Below are positions 27,055 to 39,364 of a DNA stretch of 52,917 nucleotides, piece by piece (the first letter of the stretch is position 1; each line of letters starts with the position of its first letter). The notes beneath the pieces are model-generated. The model saw only the letters and a program-made list of their open reading frames with translations. It did no database searches and was not told where the DNA came from. Source of the stretch: Emiliania huxleyi CCMP1516 (lineage: Eukaryota); assembly GCF_000372725.1 (NCBI RefSeq), contig NW_005201318.1:355016-407932 (forward strand), read 5' to 3'. A program made the position numbers and the translations under genes.

Positions 27055-28624
27055 TGGGGGCTCCTGTTGAACCGGGCCCAGAGAAGCGATCCTTCAACAC
27101 CACGCCCCCCCCCCTGCCGCGGGGCGAACGGAGCGATGCTATCCGTCATACCCTCCCGCTCCTTGCCGTACCCACTGCCCACCCACCACGCCACATCGCT
27201 CGGCCCCCCCGCTCGCGTCCACCGCAGCATCCCAAACTCCAGGTGAGCGACCCGTCCACGATTCTCCGCCGGCTCGACGCGTGGGCGAGGGACGAGCGTC
27301 CCTCTTACGAGCAAGCCTTCGTCGACCTCTGCCTGCCCACGCTGCTGGCGCCGCTCGTACGGCCTCGCGCTTTTAGAAGCGCAATATGCATTCTTGTGCT
27401 CCAACTAGCGCTCGAGAGGACACGTAGCCGGCTCTACTCGGCCGAATTCCGCCGGCGTTCCTCGTGTTCGTTGTCACCGCACCGGTGTCCTACCGGGGCT
27501 GTCTGGCGACACACCTCGCCAGCGGGGAAAGGCACACCGCACAGCAGCCCGCGCGCCGTGAACTCTTCGATGCCCGCGGGGCTCTTGTCTAGTAGCACCC
27601 CCTGCCCGATCGTCCCCTCCACTGTCCTGCCGACTGCTCTGAAGACACTCACGGTGCCGTATTCCCGCCCTGAGGGTGGCGTCTTGCAAACGCACAACCA
27701 CGGCCCCGAGGTGTGGCGTCTTCACTCCGTAGGCTCGCGCTGCTTTGCTGGAGGCCCCTCGCCGCCGGGGACCTCGCACAGCAGCCATGGCACCGTCAGC
27801 TCACCTCCGCCGCTGCCTCGCTCGCGGGCGAGCTGGCGGCCGCCGACGGGGCGGCGGGAGGCGAGATTGCGGCCGGCGGCAGAGGCGAGGAGCGCGCCGC
27901 ATCGGACCGCGCGATGCTGGCGCGGAGGGGCGCGCTCCCCGCGCGGCTGGCCTGCGACCTCGCGCTGCCGCTGCTCAAGCACGCGGTCACTCACTCGTGG
28001 GACGTCTTCTCCCTCCGCCAAACCCGCCAGCTCGTGGCGGCCGTCGGCAGCGCGGCGGGCGAGGCGAAGGCGCTCGCGGCGGCGTCGGCGCTGGGGTGGA
28101 AACTGTCCAGCGCCGGCGCGACGCAGCAGGAGCCCGAGGCGGCCGAGGCGGCCGAGGCGGCGGCGGGCGCCGTCAAGGAGCTCGTGATGCAGGTGGCGAG
28201 GAAGCTCGACGAGGCGGCCGACGCCTGCTGCGTGCCACCTTGCGTCGGTGGCGAGGGCGCCGAGGCGGCGGCGGCGGCGGCGGCGGCACGGCGGCAGCTG
28301 TGGCGCGCGCTCAAGCTCGCTGCCGTGATGGGCGAGTGGAGCGGGCTGCTCGCGAGCGGGCCGCTGCAGGAGCTGCTCGGCGGGCTCATCGCGGGGCGGG
28401 TGTTGCCCTACTTGAGGGCGAGCCTCGCCGCGGGGCAGGAGCTGCCCGTGATCGCGGCGTGCGAGGCGGCAGCGCGCGCCATCCCCGCCGGCTGGAGGCA
28501 GCGCGACGCGTCGGGTGCGTTCCCGCTGTGCACGCTCTCGCTCGCCGCCTTTGTTGCGGGCGAGTGCGCGCCGCGCGTGGACGTCGAGCGGGTGGCGCCG
28601 TTGAGGCAGTCGTTGGGATGTTAA
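24165..28624 (+). CDS. GCFC2/PAXBP1/Ntr2-like GC-rich sequence DNA-binding (spliceosome disassembly) factor, multi-exon, spans an assembly gap
   Basis: ALSFDPDEE, YSSGFLQQL, EEIRAAREARERAR, LVREE, DLLDCLDAKAP, DGWSSGEEE, ILRRLDAWARDERPSYEQAFVDLCLPTLLAPLVR, WDVFSLRQT. Confidence 0.85.
25231..25345 (+). mobile_element. Retroposon 3' end, family A, at the 3' end of an intron
   Basis: Matches 43585-43707; (ATTT)n tail directly precedes the ccag acceptor. Confidence 0.75.
26746..27052. repeat. (CA)n/(GA)n/(GACA)n microsatellite flanking a 100-N gap (26783-26882)
   Basis: Directly visible. Confidence 0.97.
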
Positions 28625-28954
28625 CCGCCCGCGCGCTCCGGGATCGAGGTATATCGGTGTGTGTGTATATGGAGATCGCGGTTAGAGAGCGCCCACAACA
28701 ACGGGGATATTCATAACGCCGGAGAGAGAGACAGTGAGAGGCTTTACACAACAATGTACGTCAGACGTTTCTCGCGAGCGTGTCGCCAAAATGCGGCGGG
28801 AGAGACCCCCGCGCAGCGTGCTGCTCCCAGCCCCCGGCGCTGGGCCGCCCCCCGAGCCCTGATTCGCGCCCAGTGGGTGGGCTCACAGGGTGGCCTCGCT
28901 GCTGCGCGCTGGCGCCATGGCCTGTGCGGCGGCCCCGCCCCCGCCCATGACGCG

Positions 28955-31311
28955 CTACATCGCCGGCTGGTCGCCCTTCTTCGGCCCGCCCGCTGGTTTG
29001 GACATGATGATCTGGTCCACCCGCAGCACCGTCACCGCCGCATCGGTCGCCTGCCGCAACGCCTCCTTCTTCGTCCACAGCAAGTCGAGCACACCGGTCG
29101 TCGCGTCCACCTGCCCGTCGACCACGTTCACGCCGGCGGAGCGCTCGCCCGCCTTGTGCGCGGCGTACAGCGCCGCGACGATGTTGGCCGCGTCGAGGCC
29201 GGCATTCTCTGCGAGCGTGCGCGGCACCACTTCCAGCGCGAGGCCGTACTTGTTGATCGCGTACTGGTCGAGGCCGGGCTGCGCCTCGGCGTGCTGCTGC
29301 AGCAAATCGGCGAGCTGGAGCTCGCACCCGCCCGCGCCGGCGACAAAGCGCGCGTCGCGCGTCATCGCCTTGACGGTGTGGACGCCGTCGTCGATGGCGC
29401 GCTCGACGTCGTCCATGATGTTGGGCGACGACCCGCGCACCACGATGGTGGCCACCTTCGAAGTGGCGTCCTCCTGCTCGAGGATGGTGCAGTTGGTCGA
29501 GCCGATCTCCTTGAGGTAGACGCGCGCGCAGCTGCCGATGTCGTCCGGCGCGGGCGGCTCGAGGCGCACCAGGTTGGCGGCGCCCGTGGTGCGGCAGATG
29601 CGGCGCAGCTCAAACTTGGAGGGGCACTTGAGGACGAGGATGCCGAACTTTTCGCAAAAGTGGAGCGCGAGCTCGCCGACGGCCTGGCCGCACACGATGA
29701 GGTTGACGCCCGTGTCGCGGATCGCCTTGATCGTCTTCTCCAGCGCGGCCTCCTCCGAGTCGTTGTAGTTCTTGAGGTCGGCCGCCTGCAGTGAGAACAC
29801 GCCGTCGTCTTGTTCGGGGAGGGCGCCCGCATACCAGCTTCTGTCATCCATGCACAGGACCACAACCGTGCGGACCTCGTATGGAATCAGAGCCCTCAGG
29901 GCGGGACTGCGGTCTTGTGCAGAGTCTTCAGAGCACCGCGGGGAGGGGATGCGAAAGCGGCCGACTACTACGGCGGAGTACGCGTCCTCTCGATACAAGA
30001 CCCCCCGTATTCTCCCCTTCTATGGCGCTGAGCTGTCCTGTGAGCTGTGATCTGTGTGTCCAGCAGTCCGGACCCAGTGCTACGGCCGGTGACAGTGTGC
30101 CTCGTGTCGGCTCCCGAGCCAATCGTGTGCAGTGTGTGTGTGCGTGTGGGCCCGTCCTCCATGCTACGAGGTGTGTCACACTGACTGACTGACTATGGCC
30201 GCGCGCCGACTTGAGCAGCACGGTCCCCTTCGTCTCGGTCGTCGCCGAGTCGAGTGGGATGCCGTAGACCGCCACGCGCGCGCCTTGCACCTCCTGAGGA
30301 GGCCAGGGCAGGGCAACCGTGTGAGGCTCTTGACGAGGAGAGCGGTTTCGTGGTTTTTTTTTTGGGGGGGGGGGGGGGGGGTCTGGGGGCACCAGGGCGG
30401 GGGCGCGCACGCCGGCACCCAAAGGGGAAGAGGGGTGCGGTGGTGGCGTGCGGGGGTGCGGCTCGGCTTCCCCTTGGCCTCTGCCGCCTTGTAGCCGCCG
30501 ATGATCTCGGAGACGTGCAGCCCGGACTTGAGCAGCTCCTCCGCCTGGAGGCGCGGCGAGGGAGCAAGGGCGAGTGGGGGCGGGGCGAGGTGGAGCAGCG
30601 GTGTCAGATGGTGGAGAGGGGGGATGGGGGGTCGACCGGGGGTATAGGGTGAGGACGGCCGTGACAAAGGGCAAGTCAACCTGGCTGAGCAGCTCGCCCG
30701 CCAGAACGACGACCAGGTTGGTGCCGTCGCCAACCTCGACCTCCTGCGAGGGGTTGATGGAAGCGGCGGTGAGGGCCGCGGTTAGGCGGTTGGGTAGGAG
30801 CGCCGGCGGTGACGGAGCGGCTGAGGGCAGGCGGTGAGGGGCGGCGGATGAGGGGCGGGGCAGCGAGAGAGTGGCAACAGCGAGGACGAGGGCGAGGGCC
30901 GCCACGTCGCCAGGGGGCGGCGGCCGCGGCGGGCGAAGCTGGGAGGCGGTGGCATGGCAGCGAGCGCGGTGGCGCTGGGGAGGGTGGTTGCAGGCTTGCA
31001 GGCGAGGGCTCGGTAAGCCGCCGTGGCGCCTGCATGTTGCTCGCCATTACGAGGAGCTTGGCGGCAGGGTGCTGGACCTCGAGCTCGCCGACGATGGTCG
31101 CCGCATCGTTCGTCACAAAGAGCTTCTCCAGGTGGTTGATGACCATCTTGTTCATTCCATTGGGGCCGAGAGAGGTCCGGACGCATGAGGAGAGCTGCTT
31201 CGCAGCCTCGATGTTCTTAAAGGTGGCCTCCTCCAGCCCGCTCAGGTGCTTGGTGCCCTCCTTGAGCATGCCCTGCACGCCGAAGGAGCCTCCTGTCAAT
31301 GAGCGCGCCAT
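28955..31311 (-). CDS. CCT8: T-complex protein 1 subunit theta (CCT8), multi-exon; an internal segment appears missing
   Basis: MLKEGTKHLSGLEEA, GPNGMNKMVINHLEKLFVTNDAATI, EVGDGTN, TETKGTVLLK, SKFELRR, DDVERAIDDG, TVLRVDQIIMSKPAGGPK. Confidence 0.95.
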
Positions 31312-31405
31312 TTTGCTTGCCGTGCAACGCCGGCGTTGGTTGTTGCCGCGTTGCTGGCTGCTCGAGGCCAACGGCGCCCCACGGAATTCTTTTGCTTGGA
31401 CTGCC

Positions 31406-31545
31406 GTGATCTGTGATCTGTAAGGGTCCGCCCGCAGGCGCATTTTGTATACCGAGGCGGTGCCCGGTGCCGAGCGCAGGCAGAGCCCACAGGTCGGACC
31501 TTAAGACAGCATTGTAGATCCCTGGGCGAGGGTGGTGGCGTGCCG
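31406..31545 (-). mobile_element. Short retroposon-like repeat with (CAGATCA)n tail
   Basis: About 135 bp nearly identical to 47883-48016. Confidence 0.75.
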
Positions 31546-31683
31546 TGCCCGTGGTAATTGCCAACGGCGCGCGCCGGAATTCTTTTGCTTGGACTGCCGT
31601 GGAAATTGCCAAAAAGCGCCAATCCGCGCCCTTGTCGTGCCAGTGTGCTGTGAGAGAGGCTTGTATTTTAATAATTATTTTGG

Positions 31684-31866
31684 TGTGGCATGAAGGAAGC
31701 AGCGAGAATTGGCCAGAGACTGCGAAGAGAGATACAACTGTAGGAAGAGACAGACGCCCAAGCTAGCACGTAGCACCACACTCCTTCGACACACTCCTCT
31801 CCTTAAAATCCCTGTGTGGTGGCGGCGTGCCGTCCTCCCATCCGCAGCCCTCCCTTGCTTGCTTGC
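31684..31866 (+). mobile_element. Retroposon 3' end, family B (diverged)
   Basis: gtggcatgaagg...ccttaaaatccctgtgtggtggcggcgtgccgtcctcccatcc, with a (cttg)n tail. Confidence 0.7.
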
Positions 31867-32099
31867 TCGTTGCCGCGTTGCTGTGGCTGCTCGAGCCCTC
31901 TGGGCCGGCGCGGGGGCCCCAGAGGGTGTCCATGCGGGGGGGAGATGGGGTCCCCTGGCCCGCCGCAGGCGCCGATTTTTTTGGAGTTTTTTCTTTTTCG
32001 CGATTTTTTACTTGTTTTCATGGGAATTCGGCGTACTTGCGGCCATGCTATCACGCCTTGCGACAGCCTGTCGGCGCTGCTGACCGTGCCATGATGCAC

Positions 32100-33369
32100 A
32101 ATTGATCACCTGCATAGCTCGCGGCCTTAGTATCAAGCATTCAGTGACGACCTGATCGTACGGCCAGTAGGAAGGTGTCCTTCCAGCTGCGTGCACGCTT
32201 CTGGCGCAATGCGCGTCAGGCGTCACCTCGGATTGGCTGCTGGCACTCTCGAGGCTATGCCTACACAGCCTCGCGCGCATGGGCAGTCAAGAGGGACCAC
32301 GCACCTTCTCAGGACAGCGCCGGTGCCTCTCTCTTGGACCGGCAAACTTGGTGGTCTCGTGTCACCAATGTGGGACCAGTGCGGCATCGCGCCATCGACA
32401 GCTCTGAACTGCGCCTCACCACTAGCTTTCTGACGATCGGTTGGCCCACCGATTGGTTGGTCTCGTGCGAGCAGTGCTGACGGTCGAATTTATTGGTGGG
32501 TCCTCGGGCAACACTCCCCAGTCCATCGCAGCCGCTGCCTTCTCGAGAGGCCCATTCTGCCACCTGCAACCCGTGGTGCCGTATGCCGCACCAGGGAGTG
32601 TGCAGCCCACAAAAATGTTGGGCAACGATTCACGGTCGGGTGGCGGCGTGAAGCATCTCCTTCATCACTCGCTCTGCAAGCGCGGCGGTCAACGCCTCGT
32701 CGCCGCGGTAGCGGCTCGAGTTGCGGCCGCATAGGTTGGATGCCTTGCTGCCAGGACGGCAGCGGTGTGCATTTGCAATGCGGACGGCATCGTGTCCCCC
32801 AGTTTGAAAGCCAAGCTTGTCCCCGCTGTTAAACTGCTTGTCGCACTTGAAAGGCATGGTTGGCAAATGTGACATGTCCGTCTGCCAACCTACTGAGGGC
32901 TCGAAGCCACCCTTGGTCGGTCGCAGTGCTGATCCCTTGGTGTTGCCTGTGATCTGCGCGTGGGCACCAAAGAGCATCGCGAATGAGAGATTGTATGCCA
33001 ACGGGGCGCTGCCGTGTGTCGAGGCATCGCTTGCAACCGAGGGCATTCGGACAGATAGAGCTCTTGGTGCGGCGCTGCTCTTGGTGCTGCACTCGGCCCA
33101 GGCTGAGCTCAAGGCAGTCTTCCACCGCCCAATCTGCGCCAAAGTCAAAGACGGCGTGCACATGGGTCATGGCTGCGATCTGCGTTGGGAAACTCGTCCG
33201 GCGTAGCCGACAGCAGGAAGGAAACTAGCTCGAGGACAATCTCCTGCAAGGTGCTGTCGCCGATGAATATGAGCCGATGGTTGGCGAGGCACTTAGCGGC
33301 CTCATGAGGAGTGAAGGTGGATGGTTGGCAGTTGGCGTTGCGGGGTGTTGGGACGCATGGCGTCGCCAT
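32100..33369 (-). pseudogene. Disrupted SGNH/PC-esterase-like (TBL/NXPE-type) gene
   Basis: CQPSTFTPHEAAKCLANHRLIFIGDSTLQEI matches the C...CL...FIGDS motif; the frame breaks near 33150 and 32630; 3' end uncertain. Confidence 0.5.
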
Positions 33370-33769
33370 GTGCTGTCGACTGGATGTGGCAGCAATGATC
33401 GTCCTCACGCAACCCACGAGCGGGTGGGACGCTGTCGTCTCCTGTCCTTCTGCCACCGCCACCCCTCGAGTTTGGCATGTCGGGTTTCTTTATTTATCAC
33501 CAAAAATGGCACAGCAAAGTATTTCTTTTCACGCGCCCGCGGCGGCCGCCGGCGCCGCCGGCTCTCGCAAGGGCAAGCGGCACGGGCAAGGCGGTCTAGG
33601 CGGTAGATTCGAGCCTGGCTGTTCTTCACCTTCTCCTATCTATTCGAGTCGATCTAAAGCCTCGACGGACCACACCCTTTCGCTTTTGTTCTTCAACTCG
33701 TACGATGCCGCCGCCGCGAGAATTCTCGCACCAGAGAGGACATGAGCCACTGCCGTGGCGTGCGCCCCT

Positions 33770-34902
33770 CTACAGCCGCCCCGCCCGCTTTGGTGGGGGC
33801 GGCGCCTCCGGCACCGCCTGAGCGAGCTCGCCGAGCGCGAGGCCCCCGAAGAGGAGCACCTTTGCCATCCAGAAGAGCACGGGCTGCTGCTTGCGGGCGG
33901 CGATGCCGCGCGCGGAGGCGGCGGCGAGGGCGTTGATGGCAAAGGTGATGAGGAGGCCTGGGGGAGGCGGTGGGGGGGGGGGGGGGGCCCTTGGACTTCG
34001 CAGTGCTATGGGGCGGCGAGAGCGAGGGGTGGGCCTTGGTGGAGCAGGTCCCGGTACTCGTCCGGAACCTATTCACGGCAGGCGAGGTGAGGAGCTCCCC
34101 CTCGGTGATTGGAGCCTGGATACGCGTCTGGGCGCTTCAGTCAGTGGGAACCCCGGGTAGGAGACGGACGACGAGAGGAGGAGCACGCCGAGCAGCAGCA
34201 TGTGGCCCGTCTGCAGGTAGGGGAGCACGTACGCCCCGGCCTATCCCATGCACAGACAGGGGCGTGAGAACACCCGTCTCCGCTGGAGGGGGAAGAGCAC
34301 ACGCTCGCCTTGTTGGGCAGCCCCCGCCCGATGAGCCGCGCGGTCGCGTCGTACGGCTCCTCGCCGGCCGGCCGCTCGTCGATCGAGTCGAATGACAGCA
34401 GCTCCATCACCTATGGACGGTTGCGGGAGCTCTCCCAAGCAACGGGCGAAAGCGTGGTCGACACAGTCGCGGTTTGCGCCTTCTCCGCGGCGCTCGGCAC
34501 GGCGGGCGCGCCACCGCCACCGCCGTTCAATGGCCCATCCGCCCCCCAGCCGAAGCCATCCCGCGTCGAGGCTGCCGGCAGATCTGATCTCGCCACCGCC
34601 GCCGCCGCCTCGGCATCCCGTCGCCGGAAGTCGTCAAACGAGGGCAAGGGGACGGCGGTCGCGTCCTCGACGAGCGCGGCCTCGGGCGAGAAGGATTCCA
34701 CCGGCGCCACCACCGGCGGCGCGACCGGAAGCGGTGCTGCGACTGGGACCTGACCGCCCGCCCGCTTTGCCTTCCGCCGGGCGCGCCGCTCGGCACGGCG
34801 AGCCGCCGAGTCGCTGGAGGCCATCGTAAGCACCTCGGGCTGCCGGGTGGTGCTCCGAGCCGCGAGTCGCACTGGAGGCGGTCCGAGGATGGCGAGGAGC
34901 AT
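33770..34902 (-). CDS. Hypothetical membrane protein, possibly plastid-targeted, multi-exon
   Basis: Exon pieces PLPSFDDFRRR, MELLSFDSIDER...ARLIGRGLPNKA, YVLPYLQTGHMLLLGVLLLSSVVSYPGFPLTE, VPDEYRDLLHQG, LLITFAINALAA...FWMAKVLLFGGLALGEL. Confidence 0.65.
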
Positions 34903-35144
34903 GGTGCAGATATCTTAGAGGCTGTGCGGCGAGGAGCAGATTTCGGTCTGGGTCTGGCGAGTACCAGGTAGAAGCACGCGCTGTCCCGAGGTCTCTCGGA
35001 GCAGAGCCCCGTCGAGTCCTCGAAAGAGCTACCCAATGGGTCCTCGGAGAGGGTACCCTGGGTGGGCGGGGCCTCTACTCGCCAGGAGCAGGCTCGAGAA
35101 GAATTCTACCATATAAGCCCCTCTCGCAGCAGACTGGCTCGGAC

Positions 35145-38100
35145 TTGGCCTTTACACGCTTTTCTCTGCAAAGGCTATCTATATTCTTTGCATCATATTC
35201 TCTCTGGGCCCTCTATATTCTCGAGAATATTCTCGAATATTGAGAATATTTTGACCTCGCGTATATCGACGGAGACCAAAAGTCGCTCCCAAACCCGCTC
35301 AGAAGACAGAACCTCCAAAACTTAAAGATTTCAGTCGGCATCGACCCGAAACCTACTGTTGAGAGAATACTGACAATAAGGTTCACAGCTGAAATGTGGA
35401 ATATAAGCCAATATATCGCAATATACGGTCCGGATATATTGGAGAATATTGGGATATATTGGCTTATATTGCGATATATTCGCCCTGTTGATACGTCTCC
35501 AGTATATTCCAATATATTCCAGTATATGCCGGAGCTAATCCCGGGGCGAAACAAGAGTATATTGGAGTATATTGGAGTATATTGCGATATATTGTACGCC
35601 TGGGCTATACGCAGCGATCCAGCAATGTATCCCAATATACTCCAATCTATCCCAGTATTCAGCAGTATTCAGCAGTATTCAGCAGTATTCAGCAGTATTC
35701 AGCAGTATTCAGCAGTATTCGCTCGGCTGGATTTTGGAGATCCGGTGCAGCAGTGCTGCCGCAAACGGGTGCGCAGGGGCACGATGGGGCCAGAGGTCGC
35801 CTCCGAGCGCCAGATCGATGGCTCATCGTCCGACGGCTCGATGGAGGAAGGCCCTATGCTCAGACTGACCGCGAGCGTCTGCGTCCTGAGTGCAAAATGG
35901 GATCGCGGCGGCGGTTGCGATGGCGGATGTCAAGTCGAATCGATGCTCTTAGCAGTGCCAGTGGGTGCCACGCGAGCACGGCAAACGTCGGCATAGCCGA
36001 GCCAACGCATCTTGGTTGGCCTCCCGCGTAGTTCACGAAGCGGAGCAACGGCCTCGGAATTGCTGCAATCGTGCAGGGGCGGCGTGCCACTACGTCGGGT
36101 GCCGGCGCCCCGTCAGCATACCATGCTCGTGCGACACGCGCGCCCCACGCGGTGGGGCGCGCATGTCCCCTGTCTACCCTGAGCGCCTGCCTCTCGACAT
36201 CAACGTCTCAACCTTCTGGCTCCGCGTGCACAGCGAAGATCGTGCCACCCACCGGGTGGCACGGCCGATTGAGTAGGTGGCACTGCGAGGTATATGCTCC
36301 GACTTCGAGCGCTTAGGCACGGCAACTTTCTGAGACCGACAGGTAGGAGGGGCTGCGCGCGGGCGGCGCGCCCGCAACGGAGCGGAGAAGTTTACGGAAA
36401 GACGAAAAAGAAAGTCCGGTGAGAGGCGTAGGAGTTCTATTTTCTTCATTCAGGCAAAAGGACAGGAAAGCAGACGGGACAAGCTCTTCCTCACAGGCAA
36501 GCTCGCCGCCGCGGCAGGCAATCTCTCGCCGCAGGCAATCTCTCGCCGCAGACAATCTCTCGCCGCAGGCAAGAGCTCGCATGCTCCCGGTGCGCCCCAT
36601 TCGTTTTCGCTGTCCTTCACCGCGACCGGCTGTCTGTCGCGGCAGCAAGTCAGTGTGGCCAGGGGCCGTAAGAGTGGAAACGCTGGTATGTGCGGAGGGA
36701 GCGCGCGATCAAATGTCCGGTGATAATGGGGAGATGCCACCCAGGCCAGCCAGGGCAGGGGCGGAGGGCGAGGCAGGAGGGCGGGATGGGCGCTTTTGCA
36801 GTCCCTTGCCCAGTGTTGGGCGCAGGAATTTTTTTCCTTCTTTTCTGCCCGCCGTCAAATCTGTGTATGAGCGTCGCCGAGCTCGCGAGCGTTCGCCCGT
36901 CGAGGTGTGGTGACAGAGTGGCACCGCGGGCAGACAAACGTCTTCTTTCCTGGAGAGACCAGATTTACTAAGTGCACGGTCCTCTGCCGCGTGGGCGGCC
37001 GTGGGAGGGTGTGCGTTGTGCCCGAGTTTGAGGATGCCCTCGCCGGAGAGCTCGTGGACGCGGGCATGCAGCATGACTTCACGCAAGCCGTCGCCTTCAA
37101 AATACGGCAGAGGCGCGTGCTACTAACGGATGCCGTGCCGGATGACATTACTGCGCGCGTCTGCCAGGCTGCATGGACATGGCGGGCTGCAGCCCAGTAA
37201 CCGGACGGCATTCTCCGCTACAGACCTACTCTCATCAGGCAGAGCAAGAGGCGTGTCGTCGGGAATGATCGACGTAGATCTCTTGGCAACCGTACACCAG
37301 GGCCTTCTGCTTACCCGCTAGGTGCCCCAGCCAGCCCGCTGCCGCCGTTTTGCATAGCTGAACGTGCGGATCCTGCGATGCACTTTTCCGTGGGTCAGCC
37401 ATCTGTGCGAATGCGAGAGCGCGCCGGTGCAGCCTGCTGGGGGCATGCAATAGAGCCCTATAGGAGCGCCCACCAGGTGGACACCCCACGCTGCGCACCC
37501 GCGAGGACACTGTCATGGTTTTGCACATGCTGTGTGTGGTGACTGGTGTGCGAGCCGCGCTGGACATCAGATAGCTCTTATTCACGACCTGCAGCCACCC
37601 GACGCGGCGCCTGTGTGTTTACGATCCTTCGACTATCCCCACGGCGGCGTGTGAGCACGTCCCGCAGGCTGCGACGCGCCACGGACCATTGTACATCCCC
37701 CGACTTTCTCCAGTATTCAGCAGTATTGCAGTATTCAGCGCAAGACCGCAGCCATCCAACCCGGCGCCTTACGATCCTTCAACTACCCCCACGGGGTCGT
37801 TTGAGCCACGCCCCGCAGGCTGCGACGCGCCACGGACCACTCTACGTCCCCCGACTTTCTCCAGTATTCAGCAGTATTCAGCAGTATTCAGCAGTATTCG
37901 GCAGTATTCGGCAATATACAGCAATATATCCCAGTATTGCGAACTATAAGCCAATAATGGGGCAAGCAAGCTGTGAGTATATTGGGATATACTGCTGTAT
38001 ATTGCAATATATTGCGGAAGGATTGAGGTGCTTGGCGGCGCCGAGATATACTCCAATATATCCCAGTATATTCGGCTGGAAGATGTTCCTCCAATATCTC

Positions 38101-38457
38101 CGTATATTGCGCAATAGTGCGCAATATTGGAGTATATTCCAGGGGTGCAATATACCCCAGTATATCCCAATATATTCACAGCGCCTTGCTATTTGTCAGT
38201 ATTCTCTGAAGGGGGAATAGCTGTTTCGAGCTCTCTCGTCAAGACCGTTTCAGACGCCGCACAGCGGCAACGTCAAGAATATTCAAGAATATCTTTGGAC
38301 TCGAGGTCCACCAAGGTCAAGGGCTGCGGAAAGCTCGTATATTCTTGAGGGAAAAGCCGGCCGGGGCATCTACATTCTCGAGAATATTCTCGAATATGGA
38401 AGTGCGCGGGACCCTCTATATTCTCAAAGATATTCGAGAATATGGTGTAAAGGCCAA
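35145..38457. mobile_element. hAT-like non-autonomous DNA transposon (13-bp TIR, 8-bp TSD)
   Basis: TIR ttggcctttacac / gtgtaaaggccaa; TSD gctcggac at 35137-35144 and 38458-38465; subterminal AATAT/ATATT-rich zones and (cagtattcag)n arrays. Confidence 0.85.
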
Positions 38458-38559
38458 GCTCGGACTGGCGCTACAAATGGCACAGCGAGAAGAAATTTAC
38501 AAGACGAGGCGCGGGCGACGGCTGTGGTCCTTGCGCGAGGAGAGCTCGATAGACTCGAG

Positions 38560-38912
38560 GGGCCAGGATACGCCGAGGAGGACGGAGTTGCGCCGAAAGG
38601 CGAAAGAAGCCGCGAGAACAAGGGACCGGCAGGCGGCGGCGTCACAGGACGAGGCAGAAGAGAACGACGCGACAGAGGAGGAAATGACAAGGGAGAGGAC
38701 GACGAGAGTGGGACGACCGCGAGGTGGCATGAAGGTTGCAGCGAGAAGCGGCGAGAGAGTGCGAAGAGAGATAGGAAGAGGCAGACTCCCTAGGGTGGGC
38801 GACGGCTAGCGCACCACACACCTCTCCTTAAAATCCCTGTGTGGTGTGGCGGCGTGCCGTCCTCCCATCCCTCCCTTGGGTTGTCTATTTTCTTTCTTTC
38901 TTCTTTCTTTCT
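38560..38912 (+). mobile_element. Retroposon 3' end, family B, with ORF remnant ...GGMKVAARSGERVRREIGRGRLPRVGDG-stop
   Basis: Longest family B copy; (tttc)n tail. Confidence 0.75.
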
Positions 38913-39264
38913 TGTATTCGTAGAATTCTTTCTTTTTTCGACGGCTTCCTCAGAAGCCGTCGCCCCCACCACAGGAGCAGTCACACCACTCCCACTCCGC
39001 GCCCACCCCATCCCACCCCGACCGACATCCCCACCCCACAACCCCGCCCCACCCCGACCCGAGCAACCCCGCCCCACTCCGACCCGACCCGAACACCCGA
39101 TCCACCCCGCTCCGCCCCGCCCCCCCCCCCCCCCCCCCGAAAGAAAAAAACCTATTCCCCCCCCCCCACACAAAAAAAATCCCCCCCCCGCCGCGTTTTT
39201 TTTTTTTAAAATAATAGAGGCCCCCCCCCCCCCCCCCTTATTTGTTTTTTCCCCCAAAAAAAAA

Positions 39265-39364
39265 NNNNNNNNNNNNNNNNNNNNNNNNNNNNNNNNNNNN
39301 NNNNNNNNNNNNNNNNNNNNNNNNNNNNNNNNNNNNNNNNNNNNNNNNNNNNNNNNNNNNNNNN
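39265..39364. other. Assembly gap preceded by low-quality homopolymer-rich sequence (~39000-39264)
   Basis: 100 N. Confidence 0.97.

Noticed and set aside
35213..35996. Ile/Tyr/Ser-rich ORFs (also at 37546-38220)
   Set aside because: Translations of transposon subterminal repeats
38950..39264. Pro-rich ORF next to the gap
   Set aside because: Homopolymer-rich, low-quality read end
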